Below, piece after piece: positions 7,398 through 12,900 of a stretch of 12,900 nt of DNA. A program made the position numbers and the translations under genes. Numbering within the stretch: the stretch's first letter is position 1; the number at the start of each line of letters is the position of its first letter. Source of the DNA: Candidatus Micrarchaeia archaeon (lineage in GTDB: Archaea > Micrarchaeota > Micrarchaeia > CABMEP01); contig JAVZXS010000013.1 in assembly GCA_038886535.1 (NCBI GenBank), positions 1 through 12,900 of the forward strand, read 5' to 3'. The notes below the pieces were generated by a model. The model was given only the letters and a program-made list of their open reading frames with translations. It did no database searches and was not told where the DNA came from.

Positions 7398-9479
7398 ATG
7401 AAGATTAAAAAGAGTTTTACATGCTTTTATTTTGTTTTAATCCTATCTTTTTTACTTTTACCTTTATTAGCAAATGCTGATAACTTAGGTTCCGATGACA
7501 AGAAGTTAGGATTCGGTTTCAGAGCAAATGAAATGGGCAAGCTTCAAGCTGGAAAAGACTATGTGCCTGGAGAATTGATTGTTTCTTACTATAACGACAA
7601 GGATTCAAAGGAAATTGAGGTTATGACTAATATTTTCGGTAGCAGAAAAATTAAGGAAATCTCAGGAGCAGCTCTATTTAAATTTTCTTCAGATGAAGCA
7701 TTAGTTAAAGCTGCTAATGCATTAATTAAAGATCCAAGGGTACGATTTGTGGAAAGAAATGGGATTAAGAGAATTCCTCCAGTGCCTGAGCTAAATCTAA
7801 GAGAAAAAGCTTCTCCTAAATCATCATCTGATATTAAACTTCAAGCAGTATCATCAGATGCCGCTACATCTTATCAATACCATCTTACCTTAATAAGAAA
7901 GACCGTTGCTAATACAACAGCTGCTTCTCCACCAACTGTAGCTGTTCTTGATACAGGAGTTGACTATACTCATCCAGACCTTGAAGGCAAAGTAATTTTA
8001 GGTAAGAATTGTGTAGATGGAACAATGGATCCATATGATGACCATGGGCATGGAACACATGTAGCCGGTATAATTGCAGCTAAAGCAGGTAATGGCATGT
8101 ATGGTGAGGGTGTCTGTCCAAATTGCAAAATTCTTGCTGTAAAAGTATGTTCCTCAGAAGGATATTGCACAGATTTTGATATAGTTTGTGGTATGCAATA
8201 TGCAAGAACTGCAAATACTACACCTGCTACTAAGGTACTTAACATGAGCTTAGGTGGTTCCTATTTGAGTTCATTAGAAGAATCAGAGATAATAGCTATT
8301 AAAAATGCTGGTAAAATTTTAGTTGCATCAGCAGGAAATTCAAATTCAACAGAAGCAAATTATCCTGCTGCCCATCCAGATACAGCCTTTAGAGTCATGG
8401 CAACTGAACAAAATGACTGTAGAGCCTATTTTTCTAATTTCTCTCCCCCATCAAATACAACATTGTATAATATTGCAGCACCTGGATATAAAATACCTTC
8501 TACAGTACCTGATGCACGTTTTCAAGCATGGTCAGGAACTTCTATGGCTTCCCCTGTAGTTGCGGGTGCTGTTGCTTTAATATGGGGTGAACTGCCCTCT
8601 TTAACAAGAGCTCAATTAATTACAAGGATTTTGAACAATTCTCAACCAATAACCTGCGGTTTTCCTGGATATACAACTAAAAGAATTGACATCCAAAGAG
8701 CTCTTACACAGAAAGCTGAAGGAAGAAGAGTTTTGGGCAGAGTTTTAGACCCATTTACAGGAAAACCTCCTGTAACCCCTCTCGCTAATGCTAAAGTGTT
8801 TTCTGGAACTACACAACTTGGAAGTGATACCATAAGTAGAGACGGATTTTATGAAATCAATGTATCAGGAGACGCAACCACAAATCTTACATTAAAAGCA
8901 ACAAAAACTGGCTATGTGACAGCTAATTTAAGAAAATTCAATTTAGCTACAGGTAAGATAACCGGTCCTTTTACAGATGCTTATCCAAAAATAAGGGCAA
9001 ACCATGCTACTATAACCCTTGACTGGAAAACTTGGCAACCATCTACAGCCGATTATTATGATTATTGTACAGGTAGTTGTTTAGGATGGGAATTAGACTT
9101 GTATGTTAAAACTCCATCTGGTCAATACATTGACCCATATTGGAATCCTGGCGCTTTGACTACTGATCCTTATGTTTTTAATCCTAGAGATTCTTATGCT
9201 ACAGAGCCTTTAGAGACCATAGTGATTGGTCCTAATGCACAAGACGGAGTCTATCATGTTTTTGTTTATAATGGGGGTGATGATGATTGGTGGAATGCAA
9301 GTTGGACTGGCTCACAAGCATCTGTACAGATTTTTGCAGGAGGAAATCAAAAAGCAGTTTATAATAATCCACCATCAGGATGTGGAACCCGTTCATATTG
9401 GTATGTTGGAAAGATTACCAAATCTGGTACAACTTATACATGGACCAATGTAAATACTTGTAGTGATACTATGCCATAG
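7398..9479 (+). CDS. Secreted subtilisin-like S8 serine protease with prodomain and C-terminal beta-sandwich extensions
   Basis: AAGGAG RBS; signal peptide ...LLANA|DN. Catalytic motifs VAVLDTGVD, HGHGTHVAGII, SAGN, SGTSMASPVVAG. Prodomain YVPGELIV. The C-terminal ITLDW...DLYVKTPSG...E.I.I...G.Y.VFV resembles a YfaP/DUF2135-type domain. Confidence 0.93.
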   Translation: MKIKKSFTCFYFVLILSFLLLPLLANADNLGSDDKKLGFGFRANEMGKLQAGKDYVPGELIVSYYNDKDSKEIEVMTNIFGSRKIKEISGAALFKFSSDEALVKAANALIKDPRVRFVERNGIKRIPPVPELNLREKASPKSSSDIKLQAVSSDAATSYQYHLTLIRKTVANTTAASPPTVAVLDTGVDYTHPDLEGKVILGKNCVDGTMDPYDDHGHGTHVAGIIAAKAGNGMYGEGVCPNCKILAVKVCSSEGYCTDFDIVCGMQYARTANTTPATKVLNMSLGGSYLSSLEESEIIAIKNAGKILVASAGNSNSTEANYPAAHPDTAFRVMATEQNDCRAYFSNFSPPSNTTLYNIAAPGYKIPSTVPDARFQAWSGTSMASPVVAGAVALIWGELPSLTRAQLITRILNNSQPITCGFPGYTTKRIDIQRALTQKAEGRRVLGRVLDPFTGKPPVTPLANAKVFSGTTQLGSDTISRDGFYEINVSGDATTNLTLKATKTGYVTANLRKFNLATGKITGPFTDAYPKIRANHATITLDWKTWQPSTADYYDYCTGSCLGWELDLYVKTPSGQYIDPYWNPGALTTDPYVFNPRDSYATEPLETIVIGPNAQDGVYHVFVYNGGDDDWWNASWTGSQASVQIFAGGNQKAVYNNPPSGCGTRSYWYVGKITKSGTTYTWTNVNTCSDTMP

Positions 9480-9491
9480 GAAAATGTATTT

Positions 9492-9516
9492 AAGGGCTGG
9501 CATATGGCCAGCCCTT
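9492..9516. terminator. Bidirectional terminator between convergent genes
   Basis: AAGGGCTGGC-atatg-GCCAGCCCTT is a perfect 10-bp stem between the stops at 9479 and 9522. Confidence 0.8.
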
Positions 9517-9521
9517 GATTT

Positions 9522-10169
9522 TTAGTAAATTTCATTATAGATATCTTTTATATTAGAGTTATTTCTAATTGTAAAAATAAAATTTCTTTTTTCTTCATTC
9601 AGTTTAAAAGATATTTTCAAAAACGTTGGTAATGTTTTCTGTCTTTTTCCTGAAAAATTGCTATACCAGTCTGGTAACTCTTTGTTTATATCTCCTCCAA
9701 AATACTCAAAACTCACCGAATCTAAATTATCAATTAAGACAATTTTTCTACTTTCTTTATATTTCTCTGAACTAAGGATTTCTCTTATTCCTTTATAATT
9801 TAATGTATAAACAGGCAGCTCATAATAAACTAATCTTCTTTTTCCATTATCTTTTCTTTCGTTTACTATAATAGCAACTACTGGAATACTCTCTGCAATT
9901 GGAGATTCTGTAATGTAGGTAATATAATCTGAATTCCCTTCAAAAAAGGGAAACCATTCTTCTTCTTTGACATAGTAGTCAATTGTTGATGCAAAACTCT
10001 TATGAAGCCATAGAATCTTTGATTTTTCCCAGAAATTTGATGTTTTTTGAATCACTCCTTTATAATGATTTAATCCCTGAGAAACGGCATAAGAAACAAG
10101 TCCAACAATAAGTCCGAATATTAAGAGAGATATTAAAACTTCAATTAATGTATATCCTCTGTTTTTCAT
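9522..10169 (-). CDS. T2SS minor pseudopilin, GspJ-like
   Basis: Prepilin motif RG|YTLIEVLI followed by a hydrophobic helix; 215 aa. Third pseudopilin after gspF, with an ATGA overlap to the previous gene. Confidence 0.8.
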   Translation of the reverse strand: MKNRGYTLIEVLISLLIFGLIVGLVSYAVSQGLNHYKGVIQKTSNFWEKSKILWLHKSFASTIDYYVKEEEWFPFFEGNSDYITYITESPIAESIPVVAIIVNERKDNGKRRLVYYELPVYTLNYKGIREILSSEKYKESRKIVLIDNLDSVSFEYFGGDINKELPDWYSNFSGKRQKTLPTFLKISFKLNEEKRNFIFTIRNNSNIKDIYNEIY

Positions 10170-10555
10170 CTTATTTTCTCATGCTTTAGCAAATAAATCT
10201 CATAATTTTTTTGCTCAATCTGATTACCTACAGTAAAGTAAACCTTGTATAAATAAATATAAAACTTAATTTCCTTTTGATCCTTTTGTCCAGAAGCAAT
10301 AGATTTTGCAACTAATTCAGACTTCCACCTTAAACTTACTCCATCACCTAAGTCCTCACTCCCATCCTTTTTTTCAGAAGCTCTTATTAAATTTATAGCT
10401 ACAGGAATTTTTGAATGAATAAGATAAACATTGTCTGCTTTACCTAAATGTTGATAGCCTATATTGAAAAGATACATTGATGCTGCAATACATGAGGCAA
10501 GGATTATTCCAGAGATTAAAATTTCAATTAGTATGAATCCTTTATGATTTTTCAT
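10166..10555 (-). CDS. T2SS minor pseudopilin, GspI-like
   Basis: Probable start at 10555 (MKNHKG|FILIEILI, GGTGA upstream). Short, with a G..LRW motif; lies between the H-like and J-like genes. Confidence 0.78.
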   Translation of the reverse strand: MKNHKGFILIEILISGIILASCIAASMYLFNIGYQHLGKADNVYLIHSKIPVAINLIRASEKKDGSEDLGDGVSLRWKSELVAKSIASGQKDQKEIKFYIYLYKVYFTVGNQIEQKNYEIYLLKHEKIR

Positions 10556-10934
10556 AGCGAATTTCACCAAAAGGTGAGTTTATCTCTATTTTATAAATAT
10601 TTTTTTCAGTAAAAATATTAATTTCACCACCAGAAGATGTGCCATTTTTAAAAAATACTACAGGAGTATCAATCCTAAATCGGAAACCAAATTCTTCTAT
10701 TGCTTTACCATTTATATAAAGAACTCCATCTTTTTCATGAATAACATTTTCCTTATTATATAGAAATGATTCTCTTCTTGCGTTACTTAACAATACTACA
10801 ATTTTTTCTATTTCGTGACTTTCTTTATAGTAAGTATAAAGAGAGTATGATACAGGAAGGACAACTGCAAAAATCAAAGATAGAATAACTAAAGCTATAA
10901 GAACCTCTATCAGAGTAAAACCCTTATTCATCAC
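10542..10934 (-). CDS. T2SS minor pseudopilin, GspH/FimT-like
   Basis: KG|FTLIEVLI, L..AR..S and FFKNGTSSGG.I motifs typical of GspH/FimT. Overlaps the gspF stop. Confidence 0.8.
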   Translation of the reverse strand: MMNKGFTLIEVLIALVILSLIFAVVLPVSYSLYTYYKESHEIEKIVVLLSNARRESFLYNKENVIHEKDGVLYINGKAIEEFGFRFRIDTPVVFFKNGTSSGGEINIFTEKNIYKIEINSPFGEIRYEKS

Positions 10935-12118
10935 AACTTTATATTACTTACACTCATTATTGTAAGGATCAGAGAAAGAACAATGATACCAATTATGATT
11001 CCCATAAATGTTATTATCATTGGCTCTAAAATATTCAGAGCTCTTTTTACACTGTTTTTAAATCTATCATCAAAGTATTGATAAAGATCAAAAAACATGT
11101 CTGCCATTTTTCCACTTTCCTCAGCAATCTTTATAGTTCCCTTAAAAATTGGAGGTAAAAATTCAATTTCATTAAATGCTCTTGATATGCTTTTCCCCTC
11201 CTTTATTAAGGGGATAGTCTTTTTTATTGCATTTCTTATTTTTTCACTTTTTATTATATCTGCTGAGTATTTCAAAGCATCTATAAATTCCACCCCACTT
11301 TTAAGCATACTGGCTATTGAGTAACAAAATCTTGAAAGATCAAGGTCAATTAAAAATCTTCTAAGAAATGGGATATCTGACAAGTATTCTAAAAATCTTG
11401 AATAAATAGGCCTAATATTTCTCATCTTAAAAAAAGTCATTAACAGAGAAAGCAATGCTAAGCTTATAAATACATTTTTTATATTAATAAAGTTGCTTAT
11501 ACTGTAAAGGACCTTTGCTATAAAGGGGAGGTCTTCAACTCTTTCAGTGAAAACTGAAAAAAATCTTGGGATTATTATTTTAAAAATCCCCAAGAGTGTC
11601 AAAAAACTTGCTGTAATCAAAAAAAGAGGATACATCATGGCATTCTTTATTTCTGTTTTAAACCTTATGTTAAACAAAGTATAGTTTGCTATGTTTACAA
11701 ATGCATTTTTTAGATTTCCTGTCTTTTCACCAATCTTAATCATTGAGGTGACAAGAGGAGAAAACTCTCCCGTTTCTTGGAAAGCTAAATAAACATCTTT
11801 TCCTGATTTAATGCTTTTTAAGATTTGCTCAAGCACCCTTTGTGTATTTTTATTTTCTATAGATTCAATACACATACTAAGAGCTATGTCCAAGTTAAGA
11901 CCAGCTTTTAGTAAAACACTTAGTTGATTGAAAATTCTATAACTATCTATATCTTTTATTTTGCTTTTTATAAATTTAGAGTATCTTTGCTCTTTTACCT
12001 CTACAACTATAAGCCCGTGTTCTTTTATTTTTTGTTTTGCTTCATCTGAGGTTGTCGCAGATATAACACCCTGAATTTCTTTGCCTGTTTTGTCAAAAGC
12101 TTTGTAAATAAATTCCAT
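10931..12118 (-). CDS. gspF: Type II secretion system inner membrane platform protein F (GspF/PilC family)
   Basis: N-terminal F.YKA.D..GK...G.I.A. Two T2SSF repeats (QLSVLLKAG...MIKIGEKTGNL...AMMYP; SMLKSGV...IAEESGKM...LEP) with hydrophobic TM segments; 395 aa. Confidence 0.92.
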   Translation of the reverse strand: MEFIYKAFDKTGKEIQGVISATTSDEAKQKIKEHGLIVVEVKEQRYSKFIKSKIKDIDSYRIFNQLSVLLKAGLNLDIALSMCIESIENKNTQRVLEQILKSIKSGKDVYLAFQETGEFSPLVTSMIKIGEKTGNLKNAFVNIANYTLFNIRFKTEIKNAMMYPLFLITASFLTLLGIFKIIIPRFFSVFTERVEDLPFIAKVLYSISNFINIKNVFISLALLSLLMTFFKMRNIRPIYSRFLEYLSDIPFLRRFLIDLDLSRFCYSIASMLKSGVEFIDALKYSADIIKSEKIRNAIKKTIPLIKEGKSISRAFNEIEFLPPIFKGTIKIAEESGKMADMFFDLYQYFDDRFKNSVKRALNILEPMIITFMGIIIGIIVLSLILTIMSVSNIKL

Positions 12119-12220
12119 ATTTCAATTTTAGCAGAAAAAATTTGCAAAATAAAAAAAGAAAGATTAGATTATTCCTTAATTCCCTGATAAGAATAAAAAA
12201 GAGACACCCTTGAAGTGCTC

Positions 12221-12387
12221 TATACTGCGCCCCTCAAATAGTGGACACGGTCACTTGGTAGAGGTTAAACTTTCTGCATTAGCAGAAGGGAGTCAATTTA
12301 AAGGGGGTCAGTATAATGAAACAGAGAAAATGGACAGCTGAAGAGAAAATGGCAATAGTTTTAGAAGGTATCAAGGGAGTAAAATGA
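12221..12387 (+). mobile_element. Truncated IS3-family left end: IR plus 5' fragment of orfA
   Basis: TATACTGCGCCCCTCAAATAGTGGACAC (12221-12248) resembles the IR at 12437-12463. RBS AAGGGGG, then ORF 12316-12387 MKQRKWTAEEKMAIVLEGIKGVK*, the typical start of an IS3 OrfA HTH. Confidence 0.75.
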
Positions 12388-12436
12388 GACTTGTCAAGAG
12401 AATTATGTCTGTTTAAAAAACTTAGCATTAAAGAGT

Positions 12437-12900
12437 TGTAGTGCGCCCCATTTTTGTGGACACTTTTTTGGCTTCCAATTTGTAGAGCTTTATACAACAT
12501 TACTCAACTGCTCCCTGTAGTATTTTAACTCATACTCCTCTGGTGATAAGTATCCTAAACTGCTGTGAACATATCTTTTGTTATATTCCTCCTCTATCCA
12601 TTTCCCTATCCTTTCCCTCGCTTCCTCTATGCTACTAAATTCATTTATCCATATCAACTCTTCCTTTATCGTCCTCATAACCCTCTCTGTATCTGCGTTC
12701 CCCTTAGGATTATCATAGGATGTGAATATCTGTTCCACCCCAAGCAGTCCCATCTCGCTCATAAATCCCCGACTCGTTGGCTGACTCCCATTGTCACTGA
12801 CAAGTTTTAACCCACTACCCCTTACTCCTTCCTTAAATTCACCCATTATCGCCCTCTCAATCGCTGACTTCCATTCAGCTGTCCTTCCCCTCAGTGATAT
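12437..12900 (-). mobile_element. IS3-family element, right end (continues beyond the window)
   Basis: Terminal IR TGTAGTGCGCCCCATTTTTGTGGACAC at 12437-12463, starting with TG, just past the transposase stop. Confidence 0.85.
12490..12900 (-). CDS. IS3-family transposase OrfB, integrase (DDE) core, 5'-truncated by the window edge
   Basis: Motifs SDNGSQ, P.GNA.TER..RTIKEE and YN..Y.HSSLGYLSP.EY. The frame is open to base 12900 (ISLRGRTAEWKSAIERAIMG...). Confidence 0.92.
   Translation of the reverse strand: MSLRGRTAEWKSAIERAIMGEFKEGVRGSGLKLVSDNGSQPTSRGFMSEMGLLGVEQIFTSYDNPKGNADTERVMRTIKEELIWINEFSSIEEARERIGKWIEEEYNKRYVHSSLGYLSPEEYELKYYREQLSNVV

Noticed and set aside
26..12810. Short alternative-frame and antisense ORFs in the track (e.g. 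26-241, 939-1121, 3051-3311, 6349-6633, 7970-8245, 11097-11324, 12279-12500, 12565-12810)
   Set aside because: They overlap well-supported genes or IS sequence and show no recognisable motifs.

Overview
AT-rich bacterial locus, apparently from a diderm because it carries type II secretion genes. The + strand has five genes for predicted secreted proteins. Four of them (<1-522, 668-2959, 3148-4995, 5171-7261) end in the same ~200-aa C-terminal module of two tandem Ig-like 'PNGG...FxI' domains. The three visible N-terminal passengers differ: a Cys-rich beta-helix, an SBBP-repeat protein, and a GGGIYN-repeat beta-helix interrupted by one in-frame TGA. The fifth gene is a subtilisin-like S8 protease without the module. 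Three module copies are very similar at DNA level and mosaic, which points to gene conversion. The last codons of the module overlap a sigma70-like promoter, and the intergenic regions share a leader element. The array converges on a partial T2SS operon (gspF plus three minor pseudopilins), which is followed by IS3-family remnants. The best hypothesis is a modular passenger-plus-shared-C-terminal-anchor surface or secreted protein system linked to a dedicated T2SS. All domain calls come from motif recognition by eye; no searches were run.
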